In this document: piece by piece, positions 19,573-27,941 of the stretch
How the letters are laid out: every line of letters begins with the position of its first letter
Position numbering within the stretch: position 1 is the stretch's first letter
Source of the DNA: an uncultured archaeon
Lineage (GTDB): Archaea > Nanobdellota > Nanobdellia > Pacearchaeales > GW2011-AR1
Assembly (NCBI GenBank): GCA_903828655.1
Contig: CAIKMX010000037.1
Coordinates: 17,173-81,172, forward strand
Direction of reading: 5' to 3'
Length of the DNA stretch: 64,000 nucleotides
Translations under genes and position numbers: made by a program
Notes under the pieces: model-generated
The model's database searches: none
Told to the model about the DNA's origin: nothing
What the model saw: only the letters and a program-made list of their open reading frames with translations

Positions 19573-19860
19573 ATGGTTGTAATGAAATTAGTACAGAGTA
19601 AACCTATAACTTCCTTGAAACAGGGGGATAAGATTAAGATAAATGGCCGTGCGTTTGAGGTAGATGCGAACATCTTACTGATTGAGCATAACAAGGATAC
19701 TAAGGAGATGGCGCTAGAGATCTTTGATGCTAAGAAGGATGAAGATTTTCAACTTCGTTACTTTCCTCACGATCTGGAAGGAAGCTTTGAATTTTATGAG
19801 TTGCAAAATGGGTTTATGTATACTCGAATTAAGGATGAATTGAAAAGTGTTGAGTGGTAA
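19573..19860 (+). CDS. small hypothetical protein
   Basis: 95-aa ORF, followed immediately by a perfect palindrome. Confidence 0.4.
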   Translation: MVVMKLVQSKPITSLKQGDKIKINGRAFEVDANILLIEHNKDTKEMALEIFDAKKDEDFQLRYFPHDLEGSFEFYELQNGFMYTRIKDELKSVEW

Positions 19861-19861
19861 G

Positions 19862-19895
19862 TCCTTTGTCGAGACAGATGTCTCGTCTATTTTGA
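19862..19895 (+). terminator. hairpin plus T-tract downstream of the 19573-19860 ORF
   Basis: cgagacagatgtctcg is a perfect 7-bp palindrome followed by tctatttt. Confidence 0.35.
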
Positions 19896-19922
19896 CGCAC
19901 TCGCTTTGCTCGTGCTGTTTTT

Positions 19923-20117
19923 GATTTGCCAATGCTTAATTTGTTGTATTGCCAAAGATGTCAACGGATTTTGGATGTTACCTAACTGTCGCTCGCCACT
20001 GGATTTCATCACAGTGGCTCGCTTTCCTGCCGTTTTGCGAATGTGCTAAACTTTTACTGGCTTGGTTAAGTTTTTTGTTTATATGTAAAATGCTTAAAAT
20101 TTTGAGTTGCTAAAACC
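19923..20117 (+). repeat. R1 modular intergenic repeat, copy c (full length)
   Basis: Has gatttgccaatgc...ttgccaaagatgtcaacggattttggatgttacc...cgctcgccactggatttcatcacagtggctcgctttcctgccgttttgcgaatgtgc...gttttttgttta...ttttgagttgctaa. It aligns with copies at 11092, 22510, 31896, 37928 (minus strand) and 38868. Confidence 0.7.
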
Positions 20118-20138
20118 TTATCATTACAGATACCTAAT

Positions 20139-20420
20139 TTATCTTCTCGATTTCTTATCTTCTTTGACTGGACCGTATGCTAACCTTTGAATTAATAGAA
20201 CTGCCCAAAGTATAGTGATTATCACATTAAGGACCGTAGAGTAGGTTAAGTTAAAGTTTGCATATACCACAATTAGTCCAATCATTGCGATTATATTAAG
20301 AAGTGCAAATTGTATCGAGATAAGCCCCTTTTTTGTTTTGAAACCATAGATTATCTGAGGAATCATTGCATATGCAAATATAATGCTTGCTAAGGAAACT
20401 ATCACATCTTGCCAAATCAT
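20139..20420 (-). CDS. SemiSWEET-like PQ-loop membrane protein
   Basis: 93 aa with 3 TM helices and AMIPQIIYGFKTKK, the PQ motif of PQ-loop/SemiSWEET proteins. Confidence 0.55.
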   Translation of the reverse strand: MIWQDVIVSLASIIFAYAMIPQIIYGFKTKKGLISIQFALLNIIAMIGLIVVYANFNLTYSTVLNVIITILWAVLLIQRLAYGPVKEDKKSRR

Positions 20421-20466
20421 TTTATTATAAGCCTTATTGGTTATTTATATCTTTTTATTTATCTTT

Positions 20467-20487
20467 TTAAAAACATTTAAATATGCT
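20467..20487. promoter_or_regulatory. TATA-like 19-mer acatttaaatatgctattt (copy 1), between divergent genes
   Basis: An identical 19-mer recurs at 21611-21629. It contains the palindromic atttaaat. Confidence 0.35.
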
Positions 20488-20569
20488 ATTTATTTTGTGA
20501 CAATATGGGATTAGAAGGTTATCTCTGGCCTTAAAGGGAGCAGTTTTTTCTTAGACAGGTCTTTAGTAA

Positions 20570-21610
20570 AATCTTGTCGGTGGATATTATGATACTGTTA
20601 TTATAGGCAGCGGTATTGCTGGAAGTGTCTTGGCATTTGAATTAGAAAAGAGAAATGTCAATTATTTTATCTGCACAGGGCAAGAGGCATCTTTATCCAA
20701 TACTTCTTCATTAAGTTATAGTCATTGTAGAGTTCCTAGTAAAGAAGGCTTTGAAGAGATTGTAGAAAATAGTGTACTGAAACTTGGAGAGGATGAAGCC
20801 AGGATGAGGTTCATTTATTCTCAGTCTGGAGGGATTATAGAATTGTTTAATGAGTTGGGCGTGGATTTTGAATATAGAAGTTTTGGAGTGATCCCCCAAG
20901 GTAAGGCTAGTTCGAGAAATATTCTCTTAAGAAGATTGCAAGAGAATATTCCTTTAATCGAAACAGGCACGGAATTAGTAGATTTTAGTTATGTGGGAGG
21001 TAGATTTAAAGTTTATTTTAGAAAAGGTGAAGAGACATTTTATTTGACGTCAAATTATCTTGTTTTGGCTACGGGAGGTTATGGAGGGACTTTTGAATTT
21101 AATGATAATGTCCAATATAAGAATTATAATGTCTTTGATATTGTTAGGAGAAATGGGGGTGAAGTAATCAATCTTGATTGTATTTTTGTCCATCCTTTTG
21201 GTTATGATTCTGGCAGAAGAATATTTATCGGAAATGAGATTAAAGATGGAGAATTCATAACTGATAAGGGAGACTATGTTTTTAGTAGGGATCTCCGTAG
21301 ATTAATAAAAAACAATGATTATCATGAACAATTTAGTGTTATTCTTAATCAGATTAACCACTTTAAGAAAAATGATTCTAAAGTTTATTTTGAAAACTCT
21401 TTTGGGAAAGTCGAGATTGTTCCAACAGTGCATTATACCTCTGGGGGGATTCTGTCTGATTACGTTGGAAGAATTGTTAATTGTAGAAATCTTTTTGCAA
21501 TTGGGGAGTGTAGGGCGGATGGCTCTAGGAATGGCGGGAGATTTCCAGGTTATCCCTTTACTTCGGCTATCGTAAATGGCAAATTCTTAGCTGAAAACGT
21601 TTTAAGATAA
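20570..21610 (+). CDS. FAD-binding protein of the L-aspartate oxidase / fumarate reductase flavoprotein family (short form); start codon unclear
   Basis: The Rossmann DTVIIGSGIAGSVLAFEL and the C-terminal VHYTSGGI (HYTMGG-like) motif are present. The first canonical start (TTG, 20630) lies downstream of the GxGxxG motif. The frame is open from 20570 with no ATG/GTG/TTG. Confidence 0.55.
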   Translation, partial: NLVGGYYDTVIIGSGIAGSVLAFELEKRNVNYFICTGQEASLSNTSSLSYSHCRVPSKEGFEEIVENSVLKLGEDEARMRFIYSQSGGIIELFNELGVDFEYRSFGVIPQGKASSRNILLRRLQENIPLIETGTELVDFSYVGGRFKVYFRKGEETFYLTSNYLVLATGGYGGTFEFNDNVQYKNYNVFDIVRRNGGEVINLDCIFVHPFGYDSGRRIFIGNEIKDGEFITDKGDYVFSRDLRRLIKNNDYHEQFSVILNQINHFKKNDSKVYFENSFGKVEIVPTVHYTSGGILSDYVGRIVNCRNLFAIGECRADGSRNGGRFPGYPFTSAIVNGKFLAENVLR

Positions 21611-21629
21611 CATTTAAATATGCTATTTT
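21611..21629. promoter_or_regulatory. TATA-like 19-mer acatttaaatatgctattt (copy 2)
   Basis: Exact repeat of 20469-20487, about 60 nt upstream of the 21690 gene. Confidence 0.35.
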
Positions 21630-21689
21630 TCTTAGTTACTAATCGTATACGATACGTATATTAAACAATTTGGATAGATAGAACTAAAG

Positions 21690-21881
21690 ATGGCTACAAA
21701 TGATGAAACAACAGTGAAGATAAGCAAGTGGCTACTTGGTGAGATTGAAAGATTTCTTAATAATAATCTGAAAAATATGTCTGACTTTCCTTCTAAAAGG
21801 AATTTTGTTGATCGTGCTGTAATTAAACTTCTGGAGGAAAAAGGGGTAGAACTCGAAAAGAGAGTTGCGGTTAAAAAATGA
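21690..21881 (+). CDS. small ribbon-helix-helix-like DNA-binding protein
   Basis: 63 aa. TTVKISKWLLGEIERF is a beta-strand plus helix layout, and the C-terminal FVDRAVIKLLEEKG resembles the RHH protein at 52193-52390. Confidence 0.4.
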   Translation: MATNDETTVKISKWLLGEIERFLNNNLKNMSDFPSKRNFVDRAVIKLLEEKGVELEKRVAVKK

Positions 21882-21892
21882 GAAGATGAAAC

Positions 21893-22032
21893 CACTCTTT
21901 TCTTACACTCTTCTTTCTTTGAAAACTGAGGAAAACCACGGTTTTCCTGAAGGTGACCTTTCCCTTAAGAAAGGTGTTCAAGAAAGAAACTAAAATTGGT
22001 GTTTCAAAAGAAAAACTACAATAGTAAATAAC
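21893..22032 (+). repeat. R2 dispersed intergenic repeat, copy B (with a roughly 55-nt insertion)
   Basis: Has ccactcttttcttacactcttctttctttgaaaa...aattggtgtttcaaaagaaaaactacaatagtaaataacATG. The insertion contains the hairpins ggaaaacc-acgg-ttttcc and cctttccc-ttaag-aaagg. Confidence 0.7.
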
Positions 22033-22257
22033 ATGAAACAGCTAAGTTTGTTCGAGAGTAAAAATGAAGAAGATTGCAGCAAAGAAACTAAAAAAATAAA
22101 TGGGGGTAAAAAAGAGAAAACTATGATGGAAAAAATAGAAAGTGCTAGAAGACTTTTCTTAGAGCTTGAAGAGAAAGGCAGAGTAAGAGAAGAAGCAATA
22201 GATGAAGCAAGAAGAGTGTTCTGCATACGAGAAAGATTAGATATGATACGAGGATGA
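22033..22257 (+). CDS. small charged hypothetical protein immediately downstream of R2 copy B
   Basis: 74-aa ORF, Lys/Glu-rich, no motif. Confidence 0.3.
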   Translation: MKQLSLFESKNEEDCSKETKKINGGKKEKTMMEKIESARRLFLELEEKGRVREEAIDEARRVFCIRERLDMIRG

Positions 22258-22509
22258 ATTGGGTATTAATCTCTTTTTGGATGTTCGTATCCAGGAGAAG
22301 GACCAATTAGCTCTTGTCCTAATGGAAGTGGTGGTTCTGAAAGTGCTTTGGCTAAATTTCTCAATTGCCTGCTCCTCTCGGGTGAAGGAGGGCATGTTAC
22401 TTCCAAGTATCTATTTTGTGGAGGTAGTCTATTTGTGTAATCTGGTTCCATGATGTTGTGTCAAAATTTTAGTTTATAAAGTTAATCTTTTATCTAAAAA
22501 TTTATTGAA

Positions 22510-22704
22510 CATTGCCAAAGGTGAAATGCGGTTACCAAAAAGCTCTTCGCTCGCGTCCGCCTTTGGCAGGACGCTCGCTTTCACGCCGTTTTGTGAATGT
22601 GCCATTTCTTAACATACTTGGCTAAGTTTTTTGTTTAAAATATTTTGAGTTGCCAATATATGTAAGCTGTGACATTACCTAAAAGCGAGCCCGAAGGGCG
22701 AGCG
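22510..22704 (+). repeat. R1 modular intergenic repeat, copy d
   Basis: Has cattgccaaag...cgctcgcgtccgcctttggcaggacgctcgctttcacgccgttttgtgaatgtgcc...gttttttgtttaaaatattttgagttgccaa...gttacctaaaagcgagcccgaagggcgagcg. Confidence 0.7.
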
Positions 22705-22767
22705 TCTATATGGTTATGTATATTCTATAATATAAATTCTTATAAAGTCTGGCTGTTTGGGTTTTTC

Positions 22768-23223
22768 ATGCCAATCAATCCAATGATGTATAGAGTTTTT
22801 TTGCAGGATGCAGAAGGTCAGCCTGGAGCGTATGTGGTTGGGCATTGTATGATTCTTGCATGGAGTCATAGTCAACCTGATTGGAGACCTAGTTTAAGAG
22901 ATCAGTTGAGAATAGCTATTCGCAGCGCCGTTATTGGTCCAGGTTCTGAACCATTTGAAGATGGTCACTGGCCGATTAATTGTAACGGAAGGACTCTTGG
23001 AGTGGTTCATAAAAGAGAGGAACTTTCGGATAGAACTTATAATCTTGCTTTGGGTGAGGCCGTAGATTTAGCGAATGAGCTTACAGTTGAAAAAGGTAAA
23101 CCTTATGTTTTTATTAATGCAACTTCTCGAGGGGATAGGGTAGTGGCGGAGAGACTTGCTGGAATTGTTTACAATGAGGTTGTTGAGGCTGCTTCACCAA
23201 GTGCGAGAGATATCGGTGATTAA
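22768..23223 (+). CDS. hypothetical protein, compositionally GC-richer than its neighbours
   Basis: A 151-aa ORF from the internal Met. The track start at 22669 overlaps the R1 repeat. No recognisable motif. The nucleotide composition is visibly less AT-rich than the flanks. Confidence 0.45.
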   Translation: MPINPMMYRVFLQDAEGQPGAYVVGHCMILAWSHSQPDWRPSLRDQLRIAIRSAVIGPGSEPFEDGHWPINCNGRTLGVVHKREELSDRTYNLALGEAVDLANELTVEKGKPYVFINATSRGDRVVAERLAGIVYNEVVEAASPSARDIGD

Positions 23224-24881
23224 TTAGTATTTTGTATCTTTTCTTTCGCAAAAGTCTTTGCAACAATTAGTGGAAATAATATTGTTGCGTCTCCGTGTAC
23301 TTTGACAGATTCGCCGTCAATTGCTATTTTGCCCCAGGAGACTGCTTCGTCTGGCCTCGCGCCTGAGTCGGATGCGTCGTATTCTTGTGCGGTGTTTATG
23401 AATACAGTATAATCTGCGCCGTTTCTGTAAAGATTTGCATTGCAGATTGTATGTTTAACAATACCTGCACCCAAGACTATCATGCCTGTTTTATCTTTAC
23501 CTATTGTGCTATTGTTTAATTCTGTAATATCTTCTACTAAGTCTAGAGTAAAGTTTGGATTCTTTGACATCTTGTAAAAATAAATCATATCTCCGATTGA
23601 ACCGTCCATTATTGCAGGGCAGATTACTGGAATGTTATTTTTTTGAGCCCAGTAATAAATTGATTGTTTGTATTTTTGGTTTTGTTTTGCTCTTGGATGA
23701 TCTTCAATTTCTTTTCCTAGAAGTTTTATTAGCTGTGATGGCGTTTTGATGTTTTCTTTATTTTTGTCTAATATTGGCAGAACCCATTCTTCAAACTCAC
23801 AATATCTTGAGTTTGGTACGAAAATATTGCCGATTCGGTTTATCCCTTTTTCTCTAAGTTCTTTTCCGCTTGCATTGAAACTTCCAAGCTTGAAATCTCC
23901 AATACACTTGATGAAATCTTCTTCTATTCCTCCTGCTGTTGTTACAAGAACGTCAATCATTTTGTGTTCAGCAAGATAACGGATGATTTCTCTATTTCCT
24001 GTTGAAACCATGTTTGAAGTGTATCCCAGATAAATGAAAACTTTTTCTTTTCTCATTTTGTTTATTATTTCTATTGCTTTTGAAAGGTTTGTTGCTTGAG
24101 CTCCAACAGTCTCAAAAGAATCTAGAATTTTATTGAAGTCTACGCCGTTGTTGAAATCGTAACCTTTGATTGTTTTTCCTTCTATCTCTTCGCTTTCTTT
24201 TAGGATTGCTTCTCTTGCTGCGTGTTCTTTTTCATTTTTTGAAATATTTGAATTGAGGGAATCCCACACTATGCTTTTTTCTTCTGGGAGAAGAACAAGC
24301 ATTTTGCTTTTTGTTATTAACTTGTATCCTTCTTTGGAGGGTTTGCTATTAACAATTCTTTTTCCATCTTTTTCTAAGATATATTCTTGAGAAATGAAAC
24401 TTCTTTCTTTACCATTAAATTTTTTTTCGAAGATGTTTACCCCCTTCGCACTAACGCATAAAGCAGAGAAGCCAATTACTCTTAATTTAGGATTTGATTT
24501 TTTTAGGTTACCTATTACATCTTTTAATTCAAAGAGTACTGATTTGTAAAATTCGGTTATTGTTTTATCAATTTTTTCTATGTGGTAGATGTGAATCCCT
24601 ATTTCTTCGTCTCTTGTATTGTCAAATATTGTGCTTTCGTTTAGTTCTGATTCTGCTAACTTTCCTTGTGTTAGTTTTGTCCAACCCGTTTTGTTTAGGG
24701 GAATTACTATACAATCTGCTACGACTTCTTTTCCTTCTTTGAAGATCATACCAAATTCGGGATTTTTTGCATACCACTTCGAGATAATTTCCTTAGTTAC
24801 AGGGCTATTGGTTGGATAGATCTCTTTGTCTTGCTTTAGTATTAGTTCAAAATCATTGTGGGTTATATTATATTTTTTCAT
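23220..24881 (-). CDS. dhs: deoxyhypusine synthase fused to a roughly 215-aa N-terminal extension of unknown function
   Basis: The C-terminal roughly 335 aa align almost residue-by-residue with eukaryotic/archaeal DHS ([95 protein letters not shown]). The N-terminal part ([17 protein letters not shown]...) has no DHS counterpart. Confidence 0.85.
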   Translation of the reverse strand: MKKYNITHNDFELILKQDKEIYPTNSPVTKEIISKWYAKNPEFGMIFKEGKEVVADCIVIPLNKTGWTKLTQGKLAESELNESTIFDNTRDEEIGIHIYHIEKIDKTITEFYKSVLFELKDVIGNLKKSNPKLRVIGFSALCVSAKGVNIFEKKFNGKERSFISQEYILEKDGKRIVNSKPSKEGYKLITKSKMLVLLPEEKSIVWDSLNSNISKNEKEHAAREAILKESEEIEGKTIKGYDFNNGVDFNKILDSFETVGAQATNLSKAIEIINKMRKEKVFIYLGYTSNMVSTGNREIIRYLAEHKMIDVLVTTAGGIEEDFIKCIGDFKLGSFNASGKELREKGINRIGNIFVPNSRYCEFEEWVLPILDKNKENIKTPSQLIKLLGKEIEDHPRAKQNQKYKQSIYYWAQKNNIPVICPAIMDGSIGDMIYFYKMSKNPNFTLDLVEDITELNNSTIGKDKTGMIVLGAGIVKHTICNANLYRNGADYTVFINTAQEYDASDSGARPDEAVSWGKIAIDGESVKVHGDATILFPLIVAKTFAKEKIQNTN

Positions 24882-25047
24882 ATTGTAAAATTAAAAGCTT
24901 GTTCAGCTAATTAAATGTTTAGAAGTATGACTAAGAAAATTAATAATTGGGTATTGCTAAAGACATTAGCAAATTTTCTTGTGTCATTATTTTTTGTATA
25001 TTTTCGGGTATATAAATCTTTATTAAATCTAATTCTTTTGTTAACTT

Positions 25048-25314
25048 ATGAAAGTTTGGGATTTAATTTTGGGTTTGTTGTCTATTCTTTCGGTTCTTCT
25101 AGCAGTTATTTCGGAAGAGTATAGAATTTTAGCATTTACTGTTGCATTTGTATTATTTATTATATTGATAATCTCTAATCAGGGTGTGGAAATATCAAGG
25201 TTAAAATTTGGTCAAGAAAAATTAGCCGAAAAGCTTAAAATACACGAACAACTTATAGATATTAAGTCTGAGTTAAAAAGATTACAAAAAGAGGTTGAAT
25301 TGATAAAAAAATGA
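25048..25314 (+). CDS. small membrane / coiled-coil protein
   Basis: 88 aa with two N-terminal hydrophobic helices and a C-terminal heptad-like KLAEKLKIHEQLIDIKSELKRLQKEVELIKK. A further 35-aa TM mini-ORF follows at 25313-25420. Confidence 0.3.
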   Translation: MKVWDLILGLLSILSVLLAVISEEYRILAFTVAFVLFIILIISNQGVEISRLKFGQEKLAEKLKIHEQLIDIKSELKRLQKEVELIKK

Positions 25315-25430
25315 GCAGGTCAAGAGATACTAATGATGTTTTAATAGATATAATAAAGGCAGGAGCGATATTAATCTTCGGATACATTATTCTTAAAGCA
25401 CTTTTTTCTGTGGCTTGATTTTTGTGTATC

Positions 25431-26492
25431 TTATTTCACTAACTCTTCAATTCTCTTTTTGAATTCTTCTAAACTATCAATTGGAATCATTGCACCTGTA
25501 GCTTCCTTATGGCCGCCGCCTGATGCGCCCTCGATTCCTTGAATTGCTTTTTCTGTAATTTCCTTTGCGTTTTTTCCTCTAATTGAGATGTTTATCTTGC
25601 CTTGATGTTCATTGTTATATGCTACGACTATTGTCTTTGTTGGATATTTGAAATATAACTTATTTGATATTTCTGAGGACATAGAGATTAGTCCTGAGTA
25701 TGAGAAGAACAATAAATGCTCATCCGTTTCCATATTTGCTTCTGCTTTGTCAACTTGTTTGTTTAGAAAGGTATTGTATTCCTTATATTTTCTATGCATT
25801 TGTCTTGTGCTGGGATTTTCTTCTAAAATGTCGTGAGCGTTTTTTGATTTTGAAAGGTATTTTATTAGGTTGATTACATTTGTTGTTGTGTCCATTAAAC
25901 CAAAATTGAGCATTCTTACTATTTTTCCTATATCCGTCGTGTATAAAGAATTGAAAGCTGATTGACCCGTTGATTCTTCTGGAAATATTTCAGGGTTTTC
26001 ATTTGAGAACTCTTCTGCAAAGTCTGGCATGTAAACGTCTCCGATACATCCAATCATTGCCAGCCAGAGATCTTCGCTTCGATTGAATATTTTCTGGGCG
26101 ATGTATGTTGTTGGTTCAGACTTTCCTGTTTTTTTATCGAATGAGTTAAAATAATGCACTTTTTCAAGTATTTCTTCTTCTATTGGAACATCGTGGTGGT
26201 CTATCCAAATAATGGGAATATTTTTTTCTTCTGCTTCTTTTATGAATTCTGCACTTACTCTTGGTTTGTCTAGAATTATAATCGTGTCTGGATTTAATTC
26301 ATTTATTTTCCTTGCGTATGCTTTTGTTAGTTCTGGGAATGACTTAATTGATACGCCCTTTCCTCGGCCTAAAGATCTTTGGATAATTAAAAAAGAGCAT
26401 AGACCATCAACATCGTTATCAAAGAAGAATAGGGGATTTTGAGATTTTTCTAATAGCTCTTTGATTTTTTCGTTTTGATGAGATGTTATCAT
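25431..26492 (-). CDS. DHH-DHHA1 phosphoesterase (NrnA/Pde2/RecJ-like)
   Basis: DNDVDGLCS (DHH motif I), IDHHD (DHH motif III) and the C-terminal GASGGGHKEATGA (the DHHA1 GGGH motif). 353 aa. Confidence 0.8.
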   Translation of the reverse strand: MITSHQNEKIKELLEKSQNPLFFFDNDVDGLCSFLIIQRSLGRGKGVSIKSFPELTKAYARKINELNPDTIIILDKPRVSAEFIKEAEEKNIPIIWIDHHDVPIEEEILEKVHYFNSFDKKTGKSEPTTYIAQKIFNRSEDLWLAMIGCIGDVYMPDFAEEFSNENPEIFPEESTGQSAFNSLYTTDIGKIVRMLNFGLMDTTTNVINLIKYLSKSKNAHDILEENPSTRQMHRKYKEYNTFLNKQVDKAEANMETDEHLLFFSYSGLISMSSEISNKLYFKYPTKTIVVAYNNEHQGKINISIRGKNAKEITEKAIQGIEGASGGGHKEATGAMIPIDSLEEFKKRIEELVK

Positions 26493-27529
26493 ACGATTTT
26501 GCCTGCTAAAATTTGTTCTCTAAATGAGTTTAGTTCTTCTTTTATAGAGGAAGTCCGGTTTTTTAATATTTGCTCTAAATCTTGGGAATCTGCAGTAAGT
26601 ATCTTGTTTAAATTTTCAAACTTTGCTACAATCTGATGAACTTCTTTTTCTGAAATAGGGAGGTGGGATAGGAATCTATATCCTCTCGGGGCGATTTCTT
26701 CGTCTAGATCTTTTTCGAGTACTAATCTTGAGATTGTTTCAATATCTAAAAGGCCGTTAAATGTTATGTTGGAAAGAAGGGTTTTTACTCTCTTTAGTGT
26801 AATCTTTGAGTAATCTCTTATTATCTCTTCTTCTTGCTTTTCTACGCCTTTTAACAATTCTCGGTAACGCATATTGAGTATGTTACCTTCATTACCTAAT
26901 TCAATAAAGTTTCTTTTTGTTGTTTCAGCTATCTTAAGCATCATTTCGGATCTTTGTATTACTCGGCAGACATCGTTTGTAGAGGTTAGTTCTGAAACTT
27001 CAAGGACATTTAATTTGTTCATCAAATCATTTAGTATTTCTCTTTGTTTTTCTAGAATTTGAAGTGTTGAGTATAAGTCTCTTAATAGTTCATCTGATGA
27101 CTTGAGGAATGTTTTTGACTGGCAGAAGTAAAGGGTTGTCTTCTTTTTTCTTTCTGAAACTGCAATTGCGAAAGTTTCTGCTTGTTTTGCAGTTCTCTCT
27201 GCTGCTTTGTGTCTTGTTCCAGTTTCGTTTGTATGAATTGTATTGTCTGGGGTCATTAGAACGTTCGCATATAGTATTCTTTTTAGATCTGAAGAGAGGA
27301 TTATTGCTCCGTCCATTTTGCATAACTCAAAGAGCTTTTGTGAGGTGAAACGGCAGTTTACTCTAAATCCTCCTTCGTATACTTTTTGCTCTTCAAGTTT
27401 TGGAGAGTGGAAGATAATCAGAGCTCCAAGGCCGGATCTTAGTATGTCATCTATGACGGTTCTTAATGGCGTTCCGGGTGATACTTTTTTAAGGTAATCA
27501 ATAAAAATTTTCTCTTTTTCTTCGCTCAT
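26489..27529 (-). CDS. diadenylate cyclase (DisA_N / DAC domain) with a helical C-terminal extension
   Basis: MDGAIILSSD and GTRHKAAERTAKQAETFAIAVSE match the DGA...GTRHRAA catalytic signature of DAC domains. The stop codon overlaps the ATG of the DHH gene (ATGA). Confidence 0.8.
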   Translation of the reverse strand: MSEEKEKIFIDYLKKVSPGTPLRTVIDDILRSGLGALIIFHSPKLEEQKVYEGGFRVNCRFTSQKLFELCKMDGAIILSSDLKRILYANVLMTPDNTIHTNETGTRHKAAERTAKQAETFAIAVSERKKKTTLYFCQSKTFLKSSDELLRDLYSTLQILEKQREILNDLMNKLNVLEVSELTSTNDVCRVIQRSEMMLKIAETTKRNFIELGNEGNILNMRYRELLKGVEKQEEEIIRDYSKITLKRVKTLLSNITFNGLLDIETISRLVLEKDLDEEIAPRGYRFLSHLPISEKEVHQIVAKFENLNKILTADSQDLEQILKNRTSSIKEELNSFREQILAGKIV

Positions 27530-27596
27530 GTCGAGGATAAATTTTGTGGCTTTTTATATTTTGTGAGATACTATCCAGTTACAAAAATGATGATTT

Positions 27597-27929
27597 TTAT
27601 TTGTCTATTGCTTCGTAGCCTCTAAGTTCTATGCCATTATAGAGTTCCATGGCGAGCTTTTCTGCTTCTTCAGTCTCACCTTCTATCCTTATTTCTAGTC
27701 TTGCTCCTTTTGAAGTTCCTACTCTTTGCATTATTTGCATAATTCTCTTTCCATCAGCAGGTATTTTTTGGCCTCCGTCTGAGGTTAGGGTTACTTTTAC
27801 ATTATATTTTGTGCAAGCATCTACGATTTGCATAGAAGGTCTGGCATGTAAACCTTGTTTGATGTTTACTCTTGCAGAGAAAATTGTGCAATCGTTTTCT
27901 CTTCTTATTCCTGGAATTTCTGGTGGCAT
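27597..27929 (-). CDS. ptsH: HPr-family phosphocarrier protein
   Basis: GLHARPS (active-site His), then the conserved KSIM-like IMQIMQRVGTSKGARLEIRIEGETEEAEKLAMEL. It has a roughly 15-aa N-terminal extension. Confidence 0.7.
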   Translation of the reverse strand: MPPEIPGIRRENDCTIFSARVNIKQGLHARPSMQIVDACTKYNVKVTLTSDGGQKIPADGKRIMQIMQRVGTSKGARLEIRIEGETEEAEKLAMELYNGIELRGYEAIDK

Positions 27930-27941
27930 TTTTACTCTCTT

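Noticed and set aside
22259-22453. Overlapping plus (64 aa) and minus (61 aa, Pro-rich) ORFs
   Set aside because: They are mutually exclusive and have no motifs. The local GC enrichment keeps both frames open. They are kept only as part of the GC-richer-block finding.
22669-22767. Upstream start of the 22669-23223 ORF
   Set aside because: The extension is translated from the R1 repeat (aagcgagcccgaagggcgagcg), and the later Met at 22768 is preferred.
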